Shown here in pieces: positions 1 through 8,111 of a stretch of 64,000 bases of DNA. The position numbers were made by a program, and so were the translations under genes. The notes beneath the pieces are model-generated. The model made no database searches, was not told the origin of the DNA, and saw only the letters and a program-made list of their open reading frames with translations. The stretch comes from an uncultured Myxococcales bacterium (GTDB lineage: Bacteria; Myxococcota_A; Polyangia; Palsa-1104; JAEUJZ01): positions 9,763-73,762 of the forward strand of contig CAYTGC010000001.1 of assembly GCA_964437195.1 (NCBI GenBank). The letters are read 5' to 3'. Position 1 is the first letter of the stretch. Each line of letters begins with the position of its first letter.

Positions 1-32
1 GAGCTTGAGAAGACGCTGGCGAGATAGGAGTC

Positions 33-1652
33 ATGGCGACCGGCCTGCGACGAGCGCAAAGATTCCCAGGCGTGAGCGCATTTCGGTCGCTCGCGGTGCT
101 TGCGGGTTTGTCTCTTGCCTCGCCGGCGGCAATAGCGCGTAGCGACCAGGATCTGGCGACGGTGGCAGCGCCGATAGAAGCGCTCGGCGGCACGGCATTT
201 TCGAGTCGCGTGGAGCCGCTGAGACGCAAGCTTCAAGACCTGGTAAGTGGCCCAGTCTTGCGCAAGCTGCGCGTCGGCATGACTGTCCACGACGCACGAA
301 CCGGTGATGAGGTCTTCGCCCTCAATTCCGACACGCCGTTTAATCCTGCATCGAACACCAAAATTTTCACGACGGCTGCGGCCCTCTCAGTTCTGGGGGC
401 TGATTTTCGCTTCCGAACCACGCTTTGGAGTCCGGCTCCGACGACTTCCGCGAGTAGTCCGGGAACCCTCGACGGCAATGTGTTTATGCAGGGAAGCGGA
501 GACCCATCGCTTCAGCCAGCAGACGTCGTTGACCTGGCCCAAGATCTGGCTAGACGTGGAATCCAACAGATCGAGGGTGACATCATCCTGGACGGCGAGT
601 TCCGCGATGAGTCCGATCTGGTGAGGGGCAGTTCGTCACAGCCTCAAGGCGGCGGCGCACTAATGCTCAACCGCGATGGGTATCGAGTCCGGGTTGTTGC
701 GGGCAGCGTCGGTCGTGCCGCGCACGTTACCATCGAGCCATCATCGCCGTTCTTCATGCTGCATTCGTCGGTGAAGACGGTGTCCGGCAAGAGGACGAGG
801 CTCAGCGTCGATTCCCACCGCAAAGATGGTCGTCTCATCGTGGAAGTCCGCGGACGAATCGGCAGCAAGAAAGGCAGAGCGGCGGTCAAACGGCGCATCC
901 CCGACTCGCGTGAGTGGATCTCTGCGACGATGGCGACAGCGCTGCGTGACGCGGGAATTTTGCATCACGGCAACATCCGAATCGGCACGCCCCCGGTGGG
1001 GCCGCTGCGGCTTATCGCCGAGCATCGCTCGCAACCGCTTTCAGAGATCTGTCGCGTCGTAAACAAAGACAGCAACAACTTCGTCGCAGACGTTGTCTGG
1101 AAAACGCTGGGCTCGGTCCGCTACGGACTTCCGCAAAGCCTAGAAAAAGGCGCTCGCGCAGTCACCGAGTGGCTGGTTCCCCTCGGCTTTCGGCCCGAAC
1201 GTCTGCATCTTGTGAATGGCTCGGGCCTAACGTACGAAAACCGCGTCCGCCCGATTGACGTCGGCAAGCTGCTGCTCAAGCTCTACCACAGCCTCGAGCT
1301 GGGACCAGAGTTCATGCAGTCGCTGGCTGTCGGAGGAATAGATGGAACCATTCACCATCGCTTTCGCGGCCAGAGTTACGGTCTCGTTCGGGGCAAGACG
1401 GGCACGCTAAACGGAGTTTCCGTCCTGTCGGGTTACGTCGGCGCGCACCCTGGAGTCCTGGTCTTCACAATCTTCATTGAGGGTTTCCGCGCCAAGCGAC
1501 TGCAGCAAGTGCGCCAACTTCAAGCGCAAATTGTGGAGGTCTTGCTGCGCCACATTCGAACTGGTGACGCGGTGCCGCAGCCTTCACCGTCTCGCACTGG
1601 TGAGGATCCGGGCGAAGAAGATCTCAGCGCATCTGACGACGAAGCGCTCTGA
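33..1652 (+). CDS. dacB: D-alanyl-D-alanine carboxypeptidase/endopeptidase, PBP4 family (peptidase S13)
   Basis: AGGAG sits just upstream of the ATG at 33. The N-terminus is signal-like. The three PBP motifs occur in order: SxxK (ASNTKIF), SNN (KDSNNF) and KTG (GKTGTL). Confidence 0.8.
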   Translation: MATGLRRAQRFPGVSAFRSLAVLAGLSLASPAAIARSDQDLATVAAPIEALGGTAFSSRVEPLRRKLQDLVSGPVLRKLRVGMTVHDARTGDEVFALNSDTPFNPASNTKIFTTAAALSVLGADFRFRTTLWSPAPTTSASSPGTLDGNVFMQGSGDPSLQPADVVDLAQDLARRGIQQIEGDIILDGEFRDESDLVRGSSSQPQGGGALMLNRDGYRVRVVAGSVGRAAHVTIEPSSPFFMLHSSVKTVSGKRTRLSVDSHRKDGRLIVEVRGRIGSKKGRAAVKRRIPDSREWISATMATALRDAGILHHGNIRIGTPPVGPLRLIAEHRSQPLSEICRVVNKDSNNFVADVVWKTLGSVRYGLPQSLEKGARAVTEWLVPLGFRPERLHLVNGSGLTYENRVRPIDVGKLLLKLYHSLELGPEFMQSLAVGGIDGTIHHRFRGQSYGLVRGKTGTLNGVSVLSGYVGAHPGVLVFTIFIEGFRAKRLQQVRQLQAQIVEVLLRHIRTGDAVPQPSPSRTGEDPGEEDLSASDDEAL

Positions 1653-1848
1653 TTCAAGCGACGTCGGGCCCGTCGCGACAGCAGCAGGAGCGCATCAAAG
1701 CGCTGACTGGGCAGAAACCCTGCTGCCAGCGCGTGATAGCAACCAAGCCGGAAGCTGAGGCTTCGGCCTGGACATGGTCTTGCGCGCCGCTTTCGCAGAG
1801 CGGCTTGTGGGCCAAGGTGTTTCTCGATGCAATCCAGGAGACGCTCTC

Positions 1849-1875
1849 GTTCTCGATGTAGAGAAACCACCAAGC
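1849..1875. repeat. Direct repeat copy A (GTTCTCGATGTAGAGAAACCACCAAGC)
   Basis: Matches copy B at 1996-2019 apart from two substitutions and a 3-nt indel. The 12-nt tail AAACCACCAAGC is identical in both copies. Confidence 0.6.
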
Positions 1876-1995
1876 TCGCGTCGTCAGCCACTTGGCCAAG
1901 GAGTCGATCGAGGGAAGCAACCAAACAAGATGCAATGTAGCGGCCATTCATACCCGACCGCCGTTGCATCTCTCATGCCGCGGCGCGACGTGCGG

Positions 1996-2019
1996 GTTCT
2001 CGACGAAAAACCACCAAGC
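1996..2019. repeat. Direct repeat copy B (GTTCTCGACGAAAAACCACCAAGC)
   Basis: Lies 147 bp downstream of copy A. In the minus frame both copies encode an AWWF..(V/I)EN motif. Confidence 0.6.
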
Positions 2020-2152
2020 AACCCGATTGGACGCATCCGGTGGGCCGGACACTGTCCGAATGTCGGACAAATCCGTCCGCAGATTCGCGACGATAGACCG
2101 TGCGACAGGTCGAGAGAAGACCGCGTCCATGTGATAGGATGAAGCAACGACT

Positions 2153-4930
2153 GTGGCCGATAAGTTCCCGCGACCGTTCGGTCGGTACACCTTGCTCTCA
2201 CCGCTGGCCCAAGGCGGCATGGGCGCACTTTATCTGTCCTGCGTCGGCGACCGCGGCATGGAACGGCTCTGCGTCATCAAGACGGTCCTGCCCCACCTCG
2301 CTGACCCAGAGTATGTGAACCGCTTCCGCGACGAAGCCAAAGTGGTTGTGCGTCTGTCGCACGGCAACTTGGTGCCAGTTTTCGACGCTGGTATGGTCGA
2401 TTCCGAGCTGTACCTAGCGATGGACTACATCGACGGCAAAGACCTTCGAGCCGTCTGGAATCGTTGCGCCAAGAAAGGGATTGCGTTCCCCGTCGATGTC
2501 GCCGTTCATATCGCGCGAGAGCTCGCACGAGGCCTGCACTACGCGCACAACTTCGGCAACATCAAGCTCGTCCACCGCGACGTCTCTCCGCCAAACGTCC
2601 TCGTCAGCTTCAATGGTGAGGTCAAGCTCACCGACTTCGGTCTGGCAAGCTCGACGCTCAAGCTCGAGAAAACTGCCGCCGGCATCATCTACGGCAAGGT
2701 GTCGTACATGTCGCCGGAACAAGCACGCGGAGAGGTTATCGACGGACGGACCGACATTTACGCTGCGGGAATCATCCTGTGGGAGCTGCTGACCGGACGA
2801 CAACTTTTCCCACAGCAAGGCGGCGAGGGTCACGAACTCATCGACCGCGTCCGCAATCCGCACATCGATGCACCGTCGCTGCGCGCCCCCCGTGTGCCAG
2901 CGATGCTCGACAAAATCGTTCTCAAGTCACTGGCGAAAAATTCTGACGAGCGTTACACGACGGGAGAACAATTCCGGGCCGATCTCACTGCGTTTTTGGC
3001 GTCGAACCGTGACTACGTGGCGACGGACTCGGAGCGAGTTCGGGCCTTTATGGCCGATCTCTTTGACGAAGACATCGAGCGTGAGCGTCGACAGCGTCAA
3101 GACTTGCTCGAGAATGTGCACGACCGGCTGCAGGCGGTTCGCAAACAAGAAGAGCAAGAACGAGAAGCCGCAGAACAAAAAGCACAGCGACGCGCCGATA
3201 TTCTCAAAGAGATCGAGAAACCTGACACCGGTGAGAAGGGCAAACTCCGTGAGGGAGAAATCCCCAGCCAGGTGATGGATCAACTGTCGGCGTACAACAC
3301 CGGCAAGATGCTGGGGACGGTGATTGAGCGCTGGAAGATCCTGCGCAAAATCGGCGAAGGCGGCATGGGTCGCGTCTTCGAGGCTGAACATACGGAAATT
3401 GGCCGCCGAGTCGCTATCAAGATTCTGCATCCGGTCTACTCACGCACGCCCGAAGTGGTTGCGCGATTCCGAATGGAGGCCCGCGCAGCATCGCGAATTG
3501 GACATCCCAACATCATCGAAGTGACCGACAGCGGTACGACCGTCGACGGATCTTTCTACTTCGTGATGGAGCTGCTCGAGGGCGTCGATCTCGCCGAGCG
3601 GCTGAAGAAGGAAAAGCGGCTGCCGGTTTCTGATGCGCTGTCCATCGGCACTCAGGTGGCCCAGGCGCTGTCGGCGGCACATCTTCAGAACATCATCCAC
3701 CGCGACCTCAAGCCTGAGAACATCTTCCTCATCCACCGCGACGGTCAGAGCGACTTCGTCAAGGTGCTCGATTTCGGTATCGCCAAGTCGCTCGAGGACT
3801 CGAAAGAGCAGAAGCTGACGACGCCGGGCATGGCCATGGGCACGCCGGAATACATGGCGCCCGAACAGGCGGCCGGCAAAGGGGCTGACGCACGCGCCGA
3901 CGTGTACTCGCTTGGCGCCATCATGTACGAAATGCTGTCGGGAAAAGCCCCGATCGCAGGCGAAAACATGATGGACATCTTGATTCGCAAAGCGACGGAG
4001 GACCCCGAACCCATTGCGACCCGGCGCCCCGACGTCCCAGCGCCGATGGCCGAGTTGGTGATGCGGATGCTGTCGCGTTCGCCGGATGCTCGACCGCAGA
4101 GCATGGCTGATGCCGCAGCGGAAATGCAGCGGATCCTGACCGACATCCGAGCGGGTGTGCTGCTCGTGCCTTCTCGTCCGCCGCCGAGCAAGTCTGCGAC
4201 GGACATTCAGACCACCAAGCCTGATTCCGGTGGAAAACGCCATCTGTGGCTCGGAGGAATCGCTCTGGCTGGCGGAATCCTTGGGCTGACAGGTGCGCTC
4301 TACTGGGCCTTTACGTCGCCAGCCCCACGACCACAACTCGATGCGGGAGCGCCCAAGATCGCGCCAATGCAAGTGGTCGATGCAGGGGCAAAACCGACAG
4401 TGGTGGCGAATACCCCACCGAATCATCCCGACGCTGGGGTCGCAGGCAAGCCGCCACATGGGGCGACGGACCCCACCCCGGGGAAAAACAACCCTCCACC
4501 GAAGAAAGATCGAGACGATGGCGACGGCAGTTCAAAGAAGCTTGCCAACCTGACCATGCCGCCGTTTATCGATCGAAGCGTCGCCCTCGGAAAAATCGAA
4601 GAAGGCCGCTTGGCAATCAACGCGACGCGCAACGAAGTCGGATTCAACCTTTGCTATGCCGCCGCAGGAAATCCCCAGGTCCGAGGACTGGCGCTCGCAT
4701 GCATGGGCGAAGCCGAGTTTGGCCGAGGCCGGTTCGGCGAAGCGATCAAGTGGGGCAAGCAGGCGCTCAAAAACAAGGCGACGACGACGGACGTCTACCT
4801 GCTGCTTGGCAAGTCCTACTTCCGACAGAAAAACTGCAAAGAAGCGCGCGTGTACTACGCGAAGATTCTCAACGGCTCAGACAGCTCGAATCCTGCCGCC
4901 CAGCGTGGCATGGAACTCTGCAAAGAATAA
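2153..4930 (+). CDS. Membrane-anchored Ser/Thr protein kinase with two tandem Hanks-type kinase domains and a C-terminal TPR-like domain
   Basis: GTG start. Domain 1 (aa ~11-280) has QGGMGALY, VIK, HRDVSPPN, DFG and SPE. Domain 2 (aa ~393-660) has GEGGMGRVF, AIK, HRDLKPEN, DFG and APE. The linker is charged and coiled-coil-like. A TM segment (LWLGGIALAGGILGLTGALYWAF) lies at aa ~698-720. Confidence 0.85.
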   Translation: MADKFPRPFGRYTLLSPLAQGGMGALYLSCVGDRGMERLCVIKTVLPHLADPEYVNRFRDEAKVVVRLSHGNLVPVFDAGMVDSELYLAMDYIDGKDLRAVWNRCAKKGIAFPVDVAVHIARELARGLHYAHNFGNIKLVHRDVSPPNVLVSFNGEVKLTDFGLASSTLKLEKTAAGIIYGKVSYMSPEQARGEVIDGRTDIYAAGIILWELLTGRQLFPQQGGEGHELIDRVRNPHIDAPSLRAPRVPAMLDKIVLKSLAKNSDERYTTGEQFRADLTAFLASNRDYVATDSERVRAFMADLFDEDIERERRQRQDLLENVHDRLQAVRKQEEQEREAAEQKAQRRADILKEIEKPDTGEKGKLREGEIPSQVMDQLSAYNTGKMLGTVIERWKILRKIGEGGMGRVFEAEHTEIGRRVAIKILHPVYSRTPEVVARFRMEARAASRIGHPNIIEVTDSGTTVDGSFYFVMELLEGVDLAERLKKEKRLPVSDALSIGTQVAQALSAAHLQNIIHRDLKPENIFLIHRDGQSDFVKVLDFGIAKSLEDSKEQKLTTPGMAMGTPEYMAPEQAAGKGADARADVYSLGAIMYEMLSGKAPIAGENMMDILIRKATEDPEPIATRRPDVPAPMAELVMRMLSRSPDARPQSMADAAAEMQRILTDIRAGVLLVPSRPPPSKSATDIQTTKPDSGGKRHLWLGGIALAGGILGLTGALYWAFTSPAPRPQLDAGAPKIAPMQVVDAGAKPTVVANTPPNHPDAGVAGKPPHGATDPTPGKNNPPPKKDRDDGDGSSKKLANLTMPPFIDRSVALGKIEEGRLAINATRNEVGFNLCYAAAGNPQVRGLALACMGEAEFGRGRFGEAIKWGKQALKNKATTTDVYLLLGKSYFRQKNCKEARVYYAKILNGSDSSNPAAQRGMELCKE

Positions 4931-5026
4931 CCGTCGGAAAAGCGCGCAGTTTGACCCCACGACGAAATTTCGACCTAGCGCGCTCTACGGGGCGAACTTA
5001 TCTAGTTGTGCAGTGAGGTATCGACC

Positions 5027-5767
5027 TTGGGTCTAGCAGACTATTTCAGCAAAGAGGGGCGGCAAGCCCGCAGCCTCCAGAAAATGATTCAGCGTGCCAG
5101 CGACAAGCACGCCCAGTCCCCTGACCGTTTCCGCGCTTTGGAGCTGCTCCGCGATGACGGCAGTCCAGAAGCGCTGCTCGGCCTGCTCCGCCGGTTTAGC
5201 TTCGTGTACGACAAAACGATCGAGGACGAGCAAGAGAAAGAGTGGGTCTACCACGAGCTTGTCGCGATGGGACCCAAGGTTTTGCCGCCGCTGCGCAAGT
5301 ACATGCGCGAGAGCGAGACGCTAGGCTGGGCGCTCAAAGTCCTCGAGCAAGTTGCCAAGGGCGAGGATTTTCTGAAGGCGCTCGAGCAGCTGTGCGAACA
5401 AAACGACAACTCGTACGTCCGCGACCCGAGCAAAAAGACGCAGCTTGTTCACTTCATGGGCGAGCATCGCAACCCCGAGATTGCGAAGCTGCTGTTGCCG
5501 TATCTGGAAGACATCGACGAAGGTGTTCGATTCAAGGCTGTCGAGGCGGTACTCCACCAGGGCCAGTCCGAGGTTGTCGTTGAGCCGCTGTGCAAGCTGC
5601 TCGTGAACAAAGCCGAAGAGAGCCGACGCATCAAGATCCGAATCGTCGAGGGCTTGGCGGATGCGGGCCTGGCAATCAGCGACAAAACGGGCGTCGAGCA
5701 GGTGATCGATGAGCTTGGTATCGACGCCACCGTGGACAACAAAGGCAACATCAAGCGCCGCAGCTGA
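5027..5767 (+). CDS. HEAT-repeat-like protein (function unknown)
   Basis: All-helical sequence with repeated motifs of the LLxxL..D.D..VR..A type. The start is uncertain: TTG at 5027 has GAGG 8 nt upstream, while the track ORF opens at 5006. Confidence 0.45.
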   Translation: MGLADYFSKEGRQARSLQKMIQRASDKHAQSPDRFRALELLRDDGSPEALLGLLRRFSFVYDKTIEDEQEKEWVYHELVAMGPKVLPPLRKYMRESETLGWALKVLEQVAKGEDFLKALEQLCEQNDNSYVRDPSKKTQLVHFMGEHRNPEIAKLLLPYLEDIDEGVRFKAVEAVLHQGQSEVVVEPLCKLLVNKAEESRRIKIRIVEGLADAGLAISDKTGVEQVIDELGIDATVDNKGNIKRRS

Positions 5768-5789
5768 CGCAGGACGCCCACTCTTCGCC

Positions 5790-7994
5790 CTACCCTCCTG
5801 ACGACTTGTCCTTGCTCCGCGGCAGTCGCTCCAACACTTTTCTGACAGCATCTCGGCGACGATCTTGATCTGAATCGAGTGATTCAAGCCGCTTTTGCGC
5901 CGCCGATAGACGGTCCTCGGCTTCGAGGATGCGCTTCACCAGCGGATTGCCATCCGGTCCCGCTCCAGAGTCTTTGCCGAGTGCCTTTAGGTGCTCACGC
6001 AGTCGCTCCAGATCTTTTTCCGTCTTTTTGATCTCGCCGCGGACCTTGTCGACTTCTTTGGCTGCGTCCTCGACCTCTTTCTGTCGAGCATAGGCTTCTG
6101 CCACCACCGCGCGTTCATTGCCCGGCACCGTGCTGGTCGTCGATAGCTGCAGAAGTCGCGCGGCTTGAAGCGAACGGAGATCCGATCGCCGCACCAGGCC
6201 TTCCATCGTCGTCAGCGGTCGCTCCGCTCGGCTCTGTGGCGCCAGTTCAAAGATCGCGACTGGCGAGTTTTTCTCGGTATCAAAGTCGAGCCGATCCGCG
6301 CCTTGAACCTGCGAGTTTGCCGCCAGACCGAGAGACAGATAGAGCTGCCGCGCTTGGCCACTGCGATTTTCGACCCGCAGTAGCTGGTCTCTCTTCCGTA
6401 GAAAGTGCTCCTCGAACTGGTCCTCTGCGAACGTCAGCCTTTGTGGTTCCTCTTTTTGGGTCTGCCGAACCCGGGTCGCATCAACATCCAGCTCAACGCC
6501 GTGTTCGATAAAGCGCCGCTCGCCCGGCTTCAGCCTCGGCAGCGCTGATTCCCCAAGCAACCCCAGCTCGCCGAGCACCGCCAGCGTGCCTTCCGGCAGC
6601 GTCTGTCTAGTCGAGTTTTGCAGTCGAAGCCCACTGCGTGCGGATTCCCCCGGTGATGAAACAAAGGTAATCGACTCCACCTCGATCGCCTCTTGCACAA
6701 AGGGAACCAGCGCCGAGCCGTGTGCCCGCAGTTCAAGCGGCTCACCAAGAGAATAGGCAAACAGTGCCCCAGCCTCAGCCCCTGTCGATTTTGCAACGGC
6801 AGCCAGATTCCCAACTTGGAGGAGCGAGCTTGACCCTGTGCCGACGCGGCCCGTTCCAGAGCCGTGCCCAATGGTGCCGATCGACCCAAGCCCGATCGAG
6901 CCTTCGCCCGTCCCGCCGCCTCCGGCCCCGATTCCCGAGAGTCCGAGTCCGCCGCTGCCAAACGTGTCGTTGACGTTGTCGCCCCAGAGCTGATCGGCGC
7001 TCTGCCCAAGCAGCTGCGGCACCGTCGAGAGCTGGTTGTCCGGCGTGATGAGATTCCGTCGCGCATAGCGCGGCGCAGCCAGCGGAAACAGGAACGAGTC
7101 AGGCCGCCCATTGACCAAATGGACCTGAACGTTTTGCCAATCCTCGTCGGTGTCGTTGTGAATGAGCGCCCAGCCTTGAAGGACGCCACCTTTGCCATTC
7201 TCAGCGACCACCAGACGATACGTCACCCTCCACAGCGGTGACTCGGCGACATAGCCAATCGTGACGGGTCCACCATCTCGACTCAGCAGCCTAATCAGTC
7301 GCTGCGCATTGGCGCTCCGCTGAGACGTCGCATCGAGCGCAGTCCGCAGCCGCGGCGCAAAAGACGGGTCGAGCGGACGCACCGAAGAAAGTCGGCTCAG
7401 AGGCAGACGCATAAGCTCGCCCGTCTGCGCCAACAGCAAAAGCTGCGGGTCCTTGTGCGGATGCAGACGAGGCGCGCTTTTCCCGTCGGGTTGCTCGTCT
7501 TTCGATTCGTTCTTGGCATCGGCTGCCGTCGCAACCGTCGGCGCATCGGGACCATGGTCCACGATGTCGATGATCCGTCCGGTCACCGTCTGGTTGCCCA
7601 TACGAACGCTGACATCGCCGCCTTTGCACGAACGCAGAAGGTGCAAAAAATCGATCGGATCATCCACCGACAGCGGCAGACCTGCGAGCGCTCGGCCCAT
7701 TCCTGGGCTGACACTGCTCGCAAACTCCAGACCGAATACCTTCGTTTTTTGATCGCGCGAAAGCACCACCAGCGTCTTGAGCGCGTCGTCGAGGTGCCCA
7801 GCCGGAACCGGCAGGACCGTCGCCCGCGATCCCAAGTTGCCGGCGCGCTCGAAGTACCCGATGCCCGTTTCATAGAGCCGCACCGAACGGAGCGGCAGAA
7901 TGTGGGCGTCGTGGACTTGTGCGATTTTCGTCGGCGCTGCACACGCCGACACAAGCGAAAGACCCACCGCCAAGGTGAGCTCGGGCTTGTACAT
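5790..7994 (-). CDS. DUF4139-type (mucoidy-inhibitor-like) lipoprotein with a Gly-rich insert and C-terminal coiled coil
   Basis: AAGGAG RBS. Signal and lipobox are present (LSLVSAC). WRVTYRLVV...GWALIHNDTDEDWQNVQVHLVNGRP resembles the DUF4139 core. A Gly-rich tract (GSGGLGLSGIGAGGGGTGEG...) is inserted. The tail is Lys/Glu-rich. Confidence 0.55.
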   Translation of the reverse strand: MYKPELTLAVGLSLVSACAAPTKIAQVHDAHILPLRSVRLYETGIGYFERAGNLGSRATVLPVPAGHLDDALKTLVVLSRDQKTKVFGLEFASSVSPGMGRALAGLPLSVDDPIDFLHLLRSCKGGDVSVRMGNQTVTGRIIDIVDHGPDAPTVATAADAKNESKDEQPDGKSAPRLHPHKDPQLLLLAQTGELMRLPLSRLSSVRPLDPSFAPRLRTALDATSQRSANAQRLIRLLSRDGGPVTIGYVAESPLWRVTYRLVVAENGKGGVLQGWALIHNDTDEDWQNVQVHLVNGRPDSFLFPLAAPRYARRNLITPDNQLSTVPQLLGQSADQLWGDNVNDTFGSGGLGLSGIGAGGGGTGEGSIGLGSIGTIGHGSGTGRVGTGSSSLLQVGNLAAVAKSTGAEAGALFAYSLGEPLELRAHGSALVPFVQEAIEVESITFVSSPGESARSGLRLQNSTRQTLPEGTLAVLGELGLLGESALPRLKPGERRFIEHGVELDVDATRVRQTQKEEPQRLTFAEDQFEEHFLRKRDQLLRVENRSGQARQLYLSLGLAANSQVQGADRLDFDTEKNSPVAIFELAPQSRAERPLTTMEGLVRRSDLRSLQAARLLQLSTTSTVPGNERAVVAEAYARQKEVEDAAKEVDKVRGEIKKTEKDLERLREHLKALGKDSGAGPDGNPLVKRILEAEDRLSAAQKRLESLDSDQDRRRDAVRKVLERLPRSKDKSSGG

Positions 7995-8111
7995 CGTAGG
8001 TTCTCCTTATTGAAGCTTACTTCCCATATTACCAGGCTCATGGGGCCGCATTCACAGCGCTTTTGACTCTGCTCTTTTCGACCCGGCGGCGCTCATGCTT
8101 TGCTCGCGGCC

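Larger units (their letters stand above)
1654..2130 (-). pseudogene. Possible ORF of unknown function interrupted by a single in-frame TGA (1948-1950)
   Basis: Track ORFs 1948..2220(-) and 1654..1947(-) are in the same frame and separated only by one TGA. From the Met at 2130 the reading frame fills the dacB-kinase gap almost exactly. Hand-counted GC3 is about 65-72%, similar to neighbouring genes. I recognise no family. Confidence 0.25.

Noticed and set aside
1948-1950. In-frame TGA read as selenocysteine
   Set aside because: I could not find a convincing SECIS-like hairpin in the roughly 50 nt downstream on the minus strand. No selenoprotein family is recognisable. It is kept only as a possible pseudogene, sequencing error or readthrough.
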